Sequence record: DRR723986_1779 | Reading direction: 5' to 3' (one strand) | DNA: 47,252 nt | Part shown: one piece after another, positions 27,658 through 38,600 of the stretch | How positions within the stretch are numbered: the first letter of the stretch is position 1 | Layout of the letters: each line of letters starts with the position of its first letter | Program-made: the position numbers and the translations under genes | Notes under the pieces: generated by a model | The model's input: only the letters and a program-made list of their open reading frames with translations | The model's database searches: none | What the model was told of the DNA's origin: nothing

Positions 27658-28122
27658 TCAGGAAATACCGCTCGTTGCGCGCCGGAATTCCGCCGGTGCG
27701 GTCACCGCCGAGACAAGCGCGCCAAACATGCGGTCTGCCGACTCGATGGTGAGGGTGAAATTGTCGGGCACGTAAATCAGGCCCTCGACTTTGGATTCCA
27801 GCATTTCCTCAATCTCGGACCGGATGGAGAGCTGATTGCCAAAGCGCCGGGCCTTGCAGGACTGGCGCACCACGGAGCGGCCCCAGACGGTGCACACTTC
27901 CACGGCGGTCAGTTCACACGTGTACTGGCCTTCTTCAGGATGCGGGGTGAGGTTCATCGTGCCGGTCATCAGGCATTCGCCGCCGCGATAAGGCTTGGTG
28001 CGGAAACTCCATGTGCCGAGCACATCGGTCGCATCGTCCTCAGTTCCAGCATGAACCGGAGTCGATATCAGCAGTGCGCCAGCCAGCGCGAGCGCGGCCA
28101 TGCGTGCCAGGCGGGAGGTCAT
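27658..28122 (-). CDS. Hypothetical exported protein inside the nad cluster
   Basis: AGGAG RBS; signal peptide ending PVHA; four Cys; beta-rich; stop 1 nt before the nadB start. Confidence 0.8.
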   Translation of the reverse strand: MTSRLARMAALALAGALLISTPVHAGTEDDATDVLGTWSFRTKPYRGGECLMTGTMNLTPHPEEGQYTCELTAVEVCTVWGRSVVRQSCKARRFGNQLSIRSEIEEMLESKVEGLIYVPDNFTLTIESADRMFGALVSAVTAPAEFRRATSGIS

Positions 28123-28193
28123 GCAGCCACTCCTAATTGTCCTCACACGCATAGCCTAGACCCGGCGGCGGGATACGCCAACGCCACAGCCGC

Positions 28194-29336
28194 TTAAACC
28201 ACCATCTCGATTTCGAGAGGCTCAAGTCCAGTCACGAAGTCGAGCGGCTTCTCCATGCGTGGCAGGGCCATCATGGCATCGAGCGCTTCCTTGGCACGCA
28301 GACGCACGTCTTCCGGAATGGTCACCTCATATTCGCCCGTCACCAGGCAATCATAGATGTTCTCAAGCGTAATGCGCTTCATGTGCGGGCACAGATTGCA
28401 CGGACGGATGAAGTTCGTGCCGGGGTTCTCTGCGGCGACATTGTCGCTCATCGAGCATTCCGTCAGCAGGACGACCTTCGGCGGATGCTTCTCGGCCACA
28501 TAATTGGCGAGGGCTGCCGTGGAACCGGCATAGTCAGCAGCTTCCAGAACGTCCGGCGGACATTCCGGGTGGGCCAGAATGACGACGCCCGGATGGGCAT
28601 CGCGCAGCTGGTGCACGTCTTCGGCGCTGAACATCTCGTGCACTTCGCACGCACCCGGCCAGGTCATAATGCGGATATCGGTCTGGGCGGCGACATTCTT
28701 GGCGAGATACTGGTCCGGCACAAGGATGACGGTGTCGGAATTCCATTCCTTCGCAATGGCTTCCACGACCTGTGCCGCATTGGAGCTGGTACAAGTGATG
28801 TGGCACTCTGCCTTCACGTCAGCGGTGGTGTTCACATAAGTAACGACCGGATAATTCGGGTATTTTTCCTTGATAAGGCGGACGTCCGCGCCCGTGATCG
28901 AGGCGGCAAGCGAGCAGCCCGCGCGCGTATCCGGGATCAGGACGGTCTTCTCAGGTGCGAGGATCTTGGAAGTCTCGGCCATGAAGTGCACGCCAGCCTG
29001 GACGATGATGTCGGCATCGACCTTGGAGGCTTCGCGGGCGAGCTGAAGGCTGTCGCCCCGGAAATCGCCGACCAGACGGAAAATGTCCGGCGTCATGTAA
29101 TTGTGCGCCAGGATGACGGCGTTCTTCTGAACTTTCAGTCGGTTGATAGCAGCGACGAGCGGGGCAATGGCCGGCCACTCCATCGGCGTCACGAAATCTT
29201 TGACCAGCGGATAGAGATGGTCTGTCTCTGCGCGCACGGCATCATCATAGCTGAGGCCGCGCGCTTCAGCTGCATTCGGGCCGCGCAGCGGCGTGGGGGT
29301 GGGGCAGCCAGGTCCAGAATCGATCAGACGAGCCAA
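28194..29336 (-). CDS. nadA: Quinolinate synthase
   Basis: ILAHNY, GVHFMAE, AGCSLA, TYVNT, CEVH, AHPEC, CPHMK. TTG start after AAGGAGG. Confidence 0.96.
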   Translation of the reverse strand: MARLIDSGPGCPTPTPLRGPNAAEARGLSYDDAVRAETDHLYPLVKDFVTPMEWPAIAPLVAAINRLKVQKNAVILAHNYMTPDIFRLVGDFRGDSLQLAREASKVDADIIVQAGVHFMAETSKILAPEKTVLIPDTRAGCSLAASITGADVRLIKEKYPNYPVVTYVNTTADVKAECHITCTSSNAAQVVEAIAKEWNSDTVILVPDQYLAKNVAAQTDIRIMTWPGACEVHEMFSAEDVHQLRDAHPGVVILAHPECPPDVLEAADYAGSTAALANYVAEKHPPKVVLLTECSMSDNVAAENPGTNFIRPCNLCPHMKRITLENIYDCLVTGEYEVTIPEDVRLRAKEALDAMMALPRMEKPLDFVTGLEPLEIEMVV

Positions 29337-29365
29337 GTCACGTCCTCCTTTGACCAACCGAGCAC

Positions 29366-29386
29366 TTTTGCTCGATTTGAGTATAA
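29366..29386. promoter_or_regulatory. NadQ-type operator upstream of nadA
   Basis: Minus strand ttATACTCAaatcGAGCAAAa, two mismatches to the recalled consensus ttATRCTCannntGAGYATAa. Confidence 0.75.
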
Positions 29387-29547
29387 TATGGCCCCGAAAA
29401 GGTGCGTTTCAAGGGGCATACCTTCAAACGTCCGGGATCAGGGCGCTCGTGCGACAAGCAATTGAAGCTTTTGCGCACTCTGAGCAAAAGGGGTGTAGCG
29501 TAGCCGAGGCGAAAACGCAATCGCAGAAAATCGAAGGTGGCGCGGCG

Positions 29548-31008
29548 TCAGTCCTTGAAAAGTTCCAATGCTGCAGCCGTCATGGCGTCCGATCCGGTCT
29601 GGATGGTGCGGGCATAGTCCGGGGCGAACAGCGAGGAATGCAAAGACGGTAGGGGCATGCCATCCGCCTTGGCCTTGGCGTACTTCGACGGTTCCACCGC
29701 ACCGACCCAGAACAGCACGCTGGGGATCTTGTCAGCCGTCCGACCGTATTGGGAGAAATCTTCTCCGCCCATGACCGGTTTTACCTGGGTCACGTATTCC
29801 GCGCCCAGCTTCTTGCTGACCGCCTTCATCGCCCGTCCGGTTGTGCCGGGATCGTTGTACGTGGAGGGTGTGTAGTCGGATTCGATGGTGATTTCCGGTT
29901 CCGGTGCGTCGAAGGCGGCGGCCTGCGCCTTGGCAATGCGCTGGATGCCGTCGAGCAGCATCTGGCGGGTTTCATCATCGTAGGAGCGGACCGTCAGCAG
30001 CAGAGTCGCCTCGTCCGGAATGATGTTGTGCTTCGCACCGGCCTTGAACGAGCCGACGGTGACAACGGCGCTGTCCAGCGGATCAACGTTGCGGGCGACA
30101 AGGCTCTGCAGGGCGGTCACGATGTGAGAGCCGATGAGGATCGGATCGCGGGTCGCCTGCGGATACGCACCGTGCCCGCCAATACCTTTCACATGGATGT
30201 CCACGCTGTCGACATTCGCCATGGCATAGCCCGTGGAATAGACCACCGTGCCGGAAGGCGCGTCTGCGGAGACATGCAGGGCGAGGTTGTAGTCGGGCTT
30301 CGGAAAGCGCTCGAACAGGCCGTCGGCCAGCATGGCTTCGGCGCCGAGGCCGATTTCTTCGGCAGGCTGGGCGATCATGACCAGCGTGCCTTTCCATTTG
30401 GACTTCTGGGCGACGAGCGCGCGGGCCGTTGCGAGCCAGGATGTCATGTGCACGTCGTGACCACAGGCGTGCATCACCTTGCTTTCCACGCCGGTCCAGG
30501 TTTGGGCCTCGACTGCGGAGGCGTAAGGCACACCGGTCTGTTCAGGCACGGGCAGAGCGTCCATGTCCGTCCGGATCAGGACCGTCGGGCCGTTGCCATT
30601 TCTGAGGACGCCAACGACGCCATAGCCGCCAACGCCGGGTTTGACTTCGCCTATGTCGCGCGTTGCCTTGTCGACGACCCAGTCCTGCCCAACACCGGTC
30701 GTGACCTCAAATCCGAGGGTCTCCAGTTCGCTCGCAAGAATGGATGAAGTCTTGGCCTCTTTGAATGAGAGTTCCGGAGCCTGGTGAAGCTGAAGGTAGA
30801 GATCGAGGATCGATTGTTCCGGCGTGCCAACCTCGCGGACCGACATGGCGGCTGGTTGGACAGTGTCCGTTTCTGACGCCGTGGATTCTGTATCAAGGCT
30901 CGTGGATTCAGTATTGGTTGGCGAAGTAGTCGCAGGCGCTTCGCTCCTGGAGCATCCGGCAATGGCAAGGCCGAGGGCGAGTGTGGATACGAGAGCAGGG
31001 CGCAACAT
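29548..31008 (-). CDS. M20-family amidohydrolase, lipoprotein
   Basis: Lipobox IAGC; LHQAPELS, RTDMDALP, MHACGHDVH, QPAEE, GEDFS. Confidence 0.92.
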   Translation of the reverse strand: MLRPALVSTLALGLAIAGCSRSEAPATTSPTNTESTSLDTESTASETDTVQPAAMSVREVGTPEQSILDLYLQLHQAPELSFKEAKTSSILASELETLGFEVTTGVGQDWVVDKATRDIGEVKPGVGGYGVVGVLRNGNGPTVLIRTDMDALPVPEQTGVPYASAVEAQTWTGVESKVMHACGHDVHMTSWLATARALVAQKSKWKGTLVMIAQPAEEIGLGAEAMLADGLFERFPKPDYNLALHVSADAPSGTVVYSTGYAMANVDSVDIHVKGIGGHGAYPQATRDPILIGSHIVTALQSLVARNVDPLDSAVVTVGSFKAGAKHNIIPDEATLLLTVRSYDDETRQMLLDGIQRIAKAQAAAFDAPEPEITIESDYTPSTYNDPGTTGRAMKAVSKKLGAEYVTQVKPVMGGEDFSQYGRTADKIPSVLFWVGAVEPSKYAKAKADGMPLPSLHSSLFAPDYARTIQTGSDAMTAAALELFKD

Positions 31009-31094
31009 GGCAGATCTCCGGAAAATAGGTTGGGAGACCCTAGCAAGGTTTCCCTGAGTGCCAAGTGTGGCCGCTGAGCGCGGATGTTGACCGC

Positions 31095-31664
31095 TTAGTC
31101 GTCTTCGTCGAGCGCGGGGGCATCCGGCTGGTCTCGCCGCGGCCGGGCGATCATTTCGGCGATGTCTTCCAGTTCGATGAAAGCGTCCGCCTCCCGGCGC
31201 AGGTCATCCGCCACCATCGGTGGGCTGGATGTGTTCGTTGAAACAACCGAGACTCTTACACCTTTGGCCTTCACAGCCTCGATCAGGCGCCGGAAATCGC
31301 CGTTCCCACTGAACAGGACGATATGATCCGTATGATCTGCCGCTTCGAGCATGTCGACGGCCAGTTCGACGTCCATATTGCCTCGGTGGCGTTTTCTGCC
31401 TTCGCGGTCGGTATATTCGCGCGCGGCCTTCTTCACCACGCTGAACCCGTTATAGGCCAGCCAGTCGACCAGCGGGCGGATCGGGCTGTATTCATCGCTC
31501 TCGACCAGCGCGGTATAGTAGCTGGCGCGTAAGAGGCGGCCACGACCTTGAAATTCCTTCAGAAGTTTTCGGAAATCAATTTCGAGCCCAAGCGCGCGGG
31601 CCGAGGAATAAAGGTTTGCCCCATCGATGAAGAGCGCCAGGCGCTCGTCCTTGTAAAACGCCAT
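31095..31664 (-). CDS. NYN-domain (LabA/DUF88) protein
   Basis: FIDGANLY, GNMDVELAVD, LFSGNGDF, LRREADAFIEL; usual neighbour of rpoZ. Confidence 0.92.
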   Translation of the reverse strand: MAFYKDERLALFIDGANLYSSARALGLEIDFRKLLKEFQGRGRLLRASYYTALVESDEYSPIRPLVDWLAYNGFSVVKKAAREYTDREGRKRHRGNMDVELAVDMLEAADHTDHIVLFSGNGDFRRLIEAVKAKGVRVSVVSTNTSSPPMVADDLRREADAFIELEDIAEMIARPRRDQPDAPALDEDD

Positions 31665-31765
31665 GATAAGCCTCGAAATCTCCGCTGCTGCGGGAACGGC
31701 CATTAATTGTTTAAAGTAATAGCCGGTCAGCTTAGTTTCCGCTGCAATCGGACGCAAGGGACGGG

Positions 31766-31794
31766 TTGCGCGGCCTTGTTGCGCTGCATATAAG
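31766..31794 (+). promoter_or_regulatory. Candidate sigma70 promoter of rpoZ-spoT
   Basis: TTGCGC-N17-TATAAG. Confidence 0.45.
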
Positions 31795-31821
31795 GAGCGG
31801 TTCAAAGGAGACTCTGAATCC

Positions 31822-32172
31822 ATGGCCCGAGTGACCGTCGAAGACTGCATCGAGCAGGTGCCGAACCGTTTTGACCTTGTGCTGCTTGCCGCGCACCGTT
31901 CCCGCATGATCCGCGAAGGGTCGCCGATCACTGTGGACCGCGACAATGACAAGGATCCGGTTGTCTCCCTGCGCGAGATCGCTGATCAGTCGGTTGACCT
32001 GAAAGTGGTGAAAGAAGCGCTGATCTCCGGCCTGCAGGACATTCGTCCGGGCGAAGAGAACGAGCGCGAAGCAGACCGTATGGCCCTCGAAGCTGCTCCG
32101 GCGGCAACCGAAGAAGACGTCATGCGCGCTTACCAGGCCGAGCTCGAATCCGGGCGCGACGACCGGCTCTAG
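31822..32172 (+). CDS. rpoZ: RNA polymerase omega subunit
   Basis: MARVTVEDC...[12 protein letters not shown]...[12 protein letters not shown]. Confidence 0.97.
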   Translation: MARVTVEDCIEQVPNRFDLVLLAAHRSRMIREGSPITVDRDNDKDPVVSLREIADQSVDLKVVKEALISGLQDIRPGEENEREADRMALEAAPAATEEDVMRAYQAELESGRDDRL

Positions 32173-32180
32173 GAGGTTCG

Positions 32181-34436
32181 ATGGACGGCAGCACCCTTTC
32201 CGCCAAGGACAAAGGGGCTGGCGAAGCACCACCGGCCACTGAGGCCGTGGGTGAACACCATGTCCTCACCCGCGAAGAACTCATCGCCAAGGTCCGCGCG
32301 TACCATCCGCGCGTGAAGTCCGAGCTGCTGGGCGCTGCTTACGATTTCGCGAAAACCCATCATGGCGAGCAGAAGCGCGACTCCGGCGACGCGTATTATT
32401 CCCATCCCGTGGAAGTAGCGAGCCTGCTGGCCGATGTGCATCTCGACGAGATCACCATCGTGGCCGGCCTGTTGCACGACGTCGTCGAGGATGTTGAAGA
32501 AATCGACATCGGCGAAATCGAAGTGCGTTTCGGTGCTGATGTGGCCGAACTGGTTGATGGCGTTACGAAGCTCGACAAGATCGAATTCTCTTCTAAGGAA
32601 GCGGCACAGGCCGAGAATTTTCAGAAGTTCATCCTCGCGACGACCAGCGACATCCGCGTTCTTCTGGTTAAGCTGGCAGACCGCCTGCATAACATGCGTA
32701 CACTGCATTTCCGCAAGAAGGCGGAAAGCCGTTACCGGACTGCGCGTGAGACGATGGACATCTACGCGCCTCTCGCCCGCCGCGTTGGCCTCTACCAACT
32801 GGCTGCCGAGATGGAGGACCTGGCCTTTCAGGAACTGAACGCTGAAGCGCGCCGGGCCATCTTGTATCGCCAGGAAGAACTGGCGCTGGAAAATGCCGAC
32901 GATCTTGAGCGCATCCGGGCTGACCTGACGCAGTTGATGGAAATGGCCGGCATCCAGTGCCGCATCAAAGGACGCCGGAAAGCGCCTTATTCGCTGTGGC
33001 GGAAGCTTGAGCGCAAATCCATCTCCTTCCGCGACGTAGCCGATCTATTCGCGTTCCGTATCATCGTTCAGTCAACGGAGGAATGCTACCGCGTCCTCGG
33101 CGAAGTCCATACTCTGTGGGCCTGCATTCCGGACCGGTTCCGTGATTTCATCTCGGTGCCGAAGCCAAATGGCTATCAAAGCCTGCACACCACAGTGCGC
33201 GCTTCCGGCAATCGCCGTGTCGAGCTTCAGATCCGGACCGAAGCCATGGACCAGACCGCCGAGTTCGGCGTGGCTGCACACTGGGGCTACAAGAACAAGC
33301 AGTACGGCTTCGATGCGGAATCGGCCAAGGCGGCCGGCCTCGACCCGGCAGCCAGCCTCGAAACCATTTCGAGTCTCCTGCAGGACGGCGCCGACGCCAA
33401 GGAATTCCTTGAGCATGCCAAGCTCGAAATGTACCGCGAGCACGTCTTCACGTTCACGCCAAAAGGCAAGCTGATCATCCTGCCAGCGGGGGCTATGCCG
33501 CTGGATTTTGCCTATGCCGTCCATTCGGCCGTGGGCGACACCTGCGTCGGCGTGAAGATCAATGGCGAAGTCAAAGCGCTGCGGCGGCCGCTGAAGAATG
33601 GCGACGTGGTCGAGATCATCCGCGGCAAGAGCCCGGCTGCCGTCCATGGCTGGGAAGGCTTGGCGACAACGGGCCGTGCGCGCTCTGCGCTCCGCCGGCT
33701 GGTGCGTGAGCGGGATACCGCCGATTTCCGCCGCCTCGGTGAAGGCCTGGTCAATCAGGCCTTGCGCCGTGCCGGTATAGACCCGGTCGATGTGAAGATG
33801 ACCCACACGGCCCAACTTGCCGGGTTTGAAACGCGTGAGGAAATGGCTGAAGCCGTCGGGCGCGGCCGGATCAGTTCTGCCGATGTGATCCAGGCGGCCT
33901 TTCCGGGCTACAAGGCCGAGCCGATGGGCGACCCGTCGAAGACGAAGGTCGATTCCCAGCACGCTCCACTGCTTGTGTCGGGCCACGACCTGACCCCCGG
34001 GGTGACATTGCACCTCGGCAAGTGCTGTTGCCCGCTGCCGGGTGACCGGATCATGGGGGTCCAGGTGCCGGACCAGGGCATCGTGGTACACGTGGCGAGC
34101 TGTCCGAAACTGGCCGAGTACGATGACAAACCAGAGCTCTGGGTCGACCTCAGATGGACCGAACTCGCCCGCACGGATGCCATGGCTGTGGGGCGGATCC
34201 GTATCAATGCCGCCAATACGCGTGGCGTGCTGGCCAAGCTCTGTGCAGCAGTGGCGCAGTCTAACGGAAACATCGTCAATATTGCCACGGTGGAGCGCCA
34301 GAAGGACTTCACTGAGCTGGTCATGGAAATTGAGGTTGAAGACCTGAAACGCCTGACGCAGATACTGGCCGCGCTCCGGTCGCTCGCAGTGGTCGACCGG
34401 GCAGTGCGTGACCAGGAGGGTGAAGATGACCAATGA
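32181..34436 (+). CDS. spoT: Bifunctional (p)ppGpp synthetase/hydrolase
   Basis: [33 protein letters not shown] and ACT domains. Confidence 0.96.
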   Translation: MDGSTLSAKDKGAGEAPPATEAVGEHHVLTREELIAKVRAYHPRVKSELLGAAYDFAKTHHGEQKRDSGDAYYSHPVEVASLLADVHLDEITIVAGLLHDVVEDVEEIDIGEIEVRFGADVAELVDGVTKLDKIEFSSKEAAQAENFQKFILATTSDIRVLLVKLADRLHNMRTLHFRKKAESRYRTARETMDIYAPLARRVGLYQLAAEMEDLAFQELNAEARRAILYRQEELALENADDLERIRADLTQLMEMAGIQCRIKGRRKAPYSLWRKLERKSISFRDVADLFAFRIIVQSTEECYRVLGEVHTLWACIPDRFRDFISVPKPNGYQSLHTTVRASGNRRVELQIRTEAMDQTAEFGVAAHWGYKNKQYGFDAESAKAAGLDPAASLETISSLLQDGADAKEFLEHAKLEMYREHVFTFTPKGKLIILPAGAMPLDFAYAVHSAVGDTCVGVKINGEVKALRRPLKNGDVVEIIRGKSPAAVHGWEGLATTGRARSALRRLVRERDTADFRRLGEGLVNQALRRAGIDPVDVKMTHTAQLAGFETREEMAEAVGRGRISSADVIQAAFPGYKAEPMGDPSKTKVDSQHAPLLVSGHDLTPGVTLHLGKCCCPLPGDRIMGVQVPDQGIVVHVASCPKLAEYDDKPELWVDLRWTELARTDAMAVGRIRINAANTRGVLAKLCAAVAQSNGNIVNIATVERQKDFTELVMEIEVEDLKRLTQILAALRSLAVVDRAVRDQEGEDDQ

Positions 34437-35007
34437 AGAAGTGCTCGCGGTGTTCCGCGAGGCAGGTGCGTTGCTGGAAGGGCATTTCATCCTTTCGTCC
34501 GGGCGGCGCAGCCCGGTGTTCCTGCAAAAGGCGCTGGTCTTCTCCCAGCCGGACAAATCCGAGAAACTTTGTGTGGCGCTCGCGAAGAAGCTGACCGAGA
34601 AATTCGGCAAGATCGACGTGGTCGCCGGCCCGGCTGTGGGCGGCATCATTCCGGGCTATGAACTCGCTCGTCAGCTGGGCTGCCGCTCCATCTTTGCCGA
34701 GCGTGTCGATGGCCAGCTTCAGTTCCGCCGCGGCTTCTCCATTGCCGAAGGCGAACGCGTGCTGATTGCCGAAGACATTGTCACGACCGGCCTGTCATTC
34801 CGTGAGACCGTCGAGGCGCTTGAAAAGCTGCCGGGCCAAGTGGTTGGCGGCGCCTGCATCATCGATCGCTCCGGCGGGCGTGCCGATGTTGGCTGTGAAC
34901 TGGTATCACTCGCTTCAGTCAATTTCCCCGATTATGACGCGGACGACCTGCCTCCGGAACTGGCGCTGATGCCGGCCGTGAAGCCAGGCTCGCGAGGGCT
35001 CGCCTGA
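34426..35007 (+). CDS. pyrE: Orotate phosphoribosyltransferase
   Basis: [25 protein letters not shown] motif, KPGSR C-terminus. Confidence 0.95.
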   Translation: MTNEEVLAVFREAGALLEGHFILSSGRRSPVFLQKALVFSQPDKSEKLCVALAKKLTEKFGKIDVVAGPAVGGIIPGYELARQLGCRSIFAERVDGQLQFRRGFSIAEGERVLIAEDIVTTGLSFRETVEALEKLPGQVVGGACIIDRSGGRADVGCELVSLASVNFPDYDADDLPPELALMPAVKPGSRGLA

Positions 35008-35762
35008 TGAGTGGGCGGCTGCGCCTTGGGGTGAACATCGATCATGTGGCGACCATTCGGAACGCCCGCGGCGGTGCGCATCCCGATCCGGCGCGCGCCG
35101 CCGAAATTGCAGCAGCCGCCGGGGCGGACGGCATCACGATCCATCTGCGCGAAGATCGCCGGCACATCCGTGATGGCGACCTGGACGCCATTCGTGCGGC
35201 CTCCAGCCTGCCGATCAACCTGGAAATGGCGGCCACCGAAGAAATGACCGCGATTGCGTGCGGGTTCCGTCCGCATGCAGCCTGTATCGTGCCCGAGAAG
35301 CGCGAGGAGCGCACCACGGAAGGCGGCCTCGACGTCGCCGGACTACACAACCAGATTTCTCCCATCGTTCGCCAGCTGCGCGATGCCGGGGCCCGCGTGT
35401 CGCTGTTCATTGAACCGGATCCTGTCCAGATTGCCGTTGCCGAAGTGCTCGGTGCGCCCGTCGTCGAATTGCACACAGGGCGCTATGCGGAGCTATGGAT
35501 CGAAGGCGGCGCCGAAGCGGCTGCACCTGAACTCGCTCGCCTTCAGGCCGCGGCGGACGAAGCCCGAAAGCGCGGGATCGAACCTCACGCCGGTCACGGC
35601 CTGACCTTTGAAAATGTCGGTCCGGTCGCGGCCATCCCCGAGATCGCCGAACTGAATATCGGACATTTCCTGATCGGCGAGGCAATCTTCATTGGCCTCG
35701 AAGAGGCGATCCGGGAAATGCGCCGTCTCATGGATGAGGCGAGGAGTCAGGTGAGCGCATGA
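35007..35762 (+). CDS. pdxJ: Pyridoxine 5'-phosphate synthase
   Basis: [36 protein letters not shown]. Confidence 0.97.
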   Translation: MSGRLRLGVNIDHVATIRNARGGAHPDPARAAEIAAAAGADGITIHLREDRRHIRDGDLDAIRAASSLPINLEMAATEEMTAIACGFRPHAACIVPEKREERTTEGGLDVAGLHNQISPIVRQLRDAGARVSLFIEPDPVQIAVAEVLGAPVVELHTGRYAELWIEGGAEAAAPELARLQAAADEARKRGIEPHAGHGLTFENVGPVAAIPEIAELNIGHFLIGEAIFIGLEEAIREMRRLMDEARSQVSA

Positions 35763-36169
35763 TCATCGGTATCGGGAACGATCTCTGCAATATCGAGCGG
35801 ATCGAGCAGACGCTTGAACGGTTCGGAGAGCGGTTTGAAACACGAGTCTTCACCGAAACGGAGATCGCGCTGGCGCGCCGCCGCCGCCGCACAGCAGAGA
35901 CCTATGCCAAGCGCTTCGCCGCCAAGGAGGCCTGCGCCAAGGCACTCGGCACCGGGGTGCCGCGCCGCGGGGTGCACTGGAAACACCTGGGCGTTGTCAA
36001 CCTGCCGACCGGCAAGCCAACGCTCGCGCTGACAGGTGGCGCAGCCAAGCGCCTCGAAGCGATGATGCCTGAAGGCCATGAGGCCATCATTCATCTGACG
36101 ATCACGGACGATCATCCATGGGCCGAAGCGCACGTGATCATCGAAGCGATCCCGGTGAGTGGTAAATGA
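35759..36169 (+). CDS. acpS: Holo-ACP synthase
   Basis: [27 protein letters not shown]. Confidence 0.96.
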   Translation: MIIGIGNDLCNIERIEQTLERFGERFETRVFTETEIALARRRRRTAETYAKRFAAKEACAKALGTGVPRRGVHWKHLGVVNLPTGKPTLALTGGAAKRLEAMMPEGHEAIIHLTITDDHPWAEAHVIIEAIPVSGK

Positions 36170-36915
36170 AGCCCGCTCGTCCGAAACGAACCCGCTTGCG
36201 CGGCAAGGGAAAGAATGATGTCCCCACGCTGTCCGATGACCGCCTGAAGGCGGCACAGGACGCGGTTGGCTACAGGTTCAAGGACGCGAAACTTCTAGTT
36301 CGAGCATTGACGCATCCAAGCGCGGTAGGCGGTGGTGACCCCGTTCGGGAATCTAACCAGCGTCTCGAATTTCTTGGCGACCGGGTGCTGAACCTTGTTA
36401 TCGCTGAACGTCTCATGGAGCGTCGCAAGATGGAAAGCGAGGGCGAGCTTGCCCCGCGCCTCAATCGTCTGGTCAGGAAGGGCGCTTGTGCGGATGCCAT
36501 GCGTCACCTGGAGCTTCAGGAATTTATCTTGCTGTCCGATGGTGAAGAAGCTGCCGGTGGTCGCTCGAGGGAATCCACGCTGGGGGATGCTTGCGAGGCG
36601 GTTATTGGCGCGATCTTCAAGGATGGTGGCCTGTCGCCAGCGCGAAAATTCATCGAAAAGGCCTGGGCCCCGCAATTCGCATCGGCTCCCGCCGAAACCA
36701 AGGATCCGAAAACCCTGCTACAGGAATGGGCGCAGGGGCAAGGCCTTCCGTTGCCGGACTATGATGTGTTGAGCCGGTCAGGCCCGGATCACGAACCCAT
36801 TTATGAAATTGAAGCAAAGGTCGAAGGACGCGGCAGTGCCGTGGCGACCGGGCCTTCCAAACGCGAAGCCGAGCGCAGCGCCGCTGCCCTGCTGCTCCAA
36901 TCGCTGGCAGGATAG
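36166..36915 (+). CDS. rnc: Ribonuclease III
   Basis: [23 protein letters not shown]; ds[14 protein letters not shown]; start uncertain. Confidence 0.96.
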   Translation: MKPARPKRTRLRGKGKNDVPTLSDDRLKAAQDAVGYRFKDAKLLVRALTHPSAVGGGDPVRESNQRLEFLGDRVLNLVIAERLMERRKMESEGELAPRLNRLVRKGACADAMRHLELQEFILLSDGEEAAGGRSRESTLGDACEAVIGAIFKDGGLSPARKFIEKAWAPQFASAPAETKDPKTLLQEWAQGQGLPLPDYDVLSRSGPDHEPIYEIEAKVEGRGSAVATGPSKREAERSAAALLLQSLAG

Positions 36916-36917
36916 AC

Positions 36918-37865
36918 ATGAACGAAACAGACATCACTCATGCCGGCTTCTGCGCCATTATCGGCGCGCCGAATGCTGGCAAGTCCACGCTGACCAACCT
37001 TTTAGTTGGCGCCAAAGTGGCTATCGTTACGCACAAGGTGCAGACGACGCGCTTTCCCGTGCGCGGCGTGGCGCAGACCGATCACACGCAGATCGTGCTT
37101 GTCGATACCCCCGGAATCTTCGCCGCCAAGCGCCGGCTGGACCGGGCCATGGTCAAGGCGGCCTGGAGCGGAGCTGAAGATGCCGATGCCATCGTGCACC
37201 TGGTAGATGCCTCCGCCTGGGTAGCGGACCGGGCCGGCAAGGAGACGGCCGCGCAGAAACACTCCATCGAGGATGACCGCCGTGTTGTGGAGCAGTTGAA
37301 GGCCAGCGGACGGAAAGCCATTCTGGCACTGAACAAGATTGATCTGTTTCCGCATGACCAGGTGTTGCCGATCATCGCGGAACTGAACGAGACCGGCGCC
37401 TATGAGGAGGTCCACATGATCTCCGCCGAGAATGGCGACGGGGTCGAAAAGCTGGAAGAGGCGATCGCCGCCCGCATGCCGGAAGGGCCTGCGCTTTACC
37501 CGCCGGATCAGGTTGCGGACCTGCCGATGCGCCTGTTGGCGGCTGAAGTGACGCGCGAGAAGCTGATGCTGCGCTTGCACCAGGAGCTGCCCTACCAGTT
37601 GATGGTGGAGACCGAGAGTTGGGAAGAGCGCAAGGATGGGTCCGTCCGGGTGCAGCAGGTCATTGTCGTTGGCCGTGAGAACCACAAATCCATGGTGCTG
37701 GGCAAAGGCGGCCAGACGATCAAGGATATCGGGCGTATGGCGCGGGAAGAACTCTCAGAAATGCTGGGCCGCAAGGTGCACCTCTTCCTTTTCGTAAAGG
37801 TCGATGAGCGCTGGCAGGAGCGCCGCGAAAGCTATCAGGGGCTTGGCCTGGAGTTCGATGTCTGA
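36918..37865 (+). CDS. era: GTPase Era
   Basis: GAPNAGKST, QTTR, DTPG, NKID; KH domain. Confidence 0.97.
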   Translation: MNETDITHAGFCAIIGAPNAGKSTLTNLLVGAKVAIVTHKVQTTRFPVRGVAQTDHTQIVLVDTPGIFAAKRRLDRAMVKAAWSGAEDADAIVHLVDASAWVADRAGKETAAQKHSIEDDRRVVEQLKASGRKAILALNKIDLFPHDQVLPIIAELNETGAYEEVHMISAENGDGVEKLEEAIAARMPEGPALYPPDQVADLPMRLLAAEVTREKLMLRLHQELPYQLMVETESWEERKDGSVRVQQVIVVGRENHKSMVLGKGGQTIKDIGRMAREELSEMLGRKVHLFLFVKVDERWQERRESYQGLGLEFDV

Positions 37866-37871
37866 GGCGAT

Positions 37872-38597
37872 ATGAACTGGTCCGATGACGGAATAATCCT
37901 TGGTGGGCGCCGCTTCGGCGAAGGCGGTCTCATTCTGGATGTCCTGACGCGGAACCGCGGACGCCGCTCTGGTCTTGTCTATGGTGGCAATTCCCGGCGG
38001 CGGCGCGCGCAATACGAAGCCGGAAACTCTGTATCTCTCTCCTGGACCGGACGTCTGGAAGACCAGCTCGGCCGGTTCGAAGTGGCCGAAGCCAGCAAGG
38101 AACGCGCATCGCACGTGCTGGACGACGCGAAAGCCCTCGCGGCGGTTTCGGCCATCACCTCCATTCTTCGCATGTCACTGGATGAGGGCGACGTCGCCGG
38201 TTCTGCCATGTTCGAGGCGACGGAAGTCCTGCTCGACCAGATAGAGGCACGCGAAATCTGGCCAGCGCTCTATGTGCGCTGGGAACTGGGCTTACTCTCT
38301 GCACTGGGCTTCGGGCTGGACCTTGAGGAGTGCGCGATCAGTGGGGCGAATGATGGGCTGACGCACGTCTCGCCGCGCACCGGCCGGGCCGTGCGCGGGT
38401 CGGAAGCGGAAGACTATGTTTCGCGCTTGCTCCGGTTGCCTTCGTTCCTTGTCTCCTCGTCAGCACCGGTCGGCGACGAGGATGTCGCCGACGGGTTGAA
38501 GCTGACAGGACATTTCCTGGAATCGCGCGTCTTCCACGCGATGAACCGTGCCATGCCGCCGGAACGGGACAGGCTGGTCAGGCGATTGGTGGGCTGA
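37872..38597 (+). CDS. recO: DNA repair protein RecO
   Basis: W.DDGIILG.RRFGE, RWELGLL..LGFGLDL..C, VSPRTGRAV; follows era. Confidence 0.94.
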   Translation: MNWSDDGIILGGRRFGEGGLILDVLTRNRGRRSGLVYGGNSRRRRAQYEAGNSVSLSWTGRLEDQLGRFEVAEASKERASHVLDDAKALAAVSAITSILRMSLDEGDVAGSAMFEATEVLLDQIEAREIWPALYVRWELGLLSALGFGLDLEECAISGANDGLTHVSPRTGRAVRGSEAEDYVSRLLRLPSFLVSSSAPVGDEDVADGLKLTGHFLESRVFHAMNRAMPPERDRLVRRLVG

Positions 38598-38600
38598 CGA

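Noticed and set aside
31095-31664. NYN/PIN protein as a toxin
   Set aside because: It is the usual LabA/DUF88 gene beside rpoZ, and no antitoxin is adjacent.
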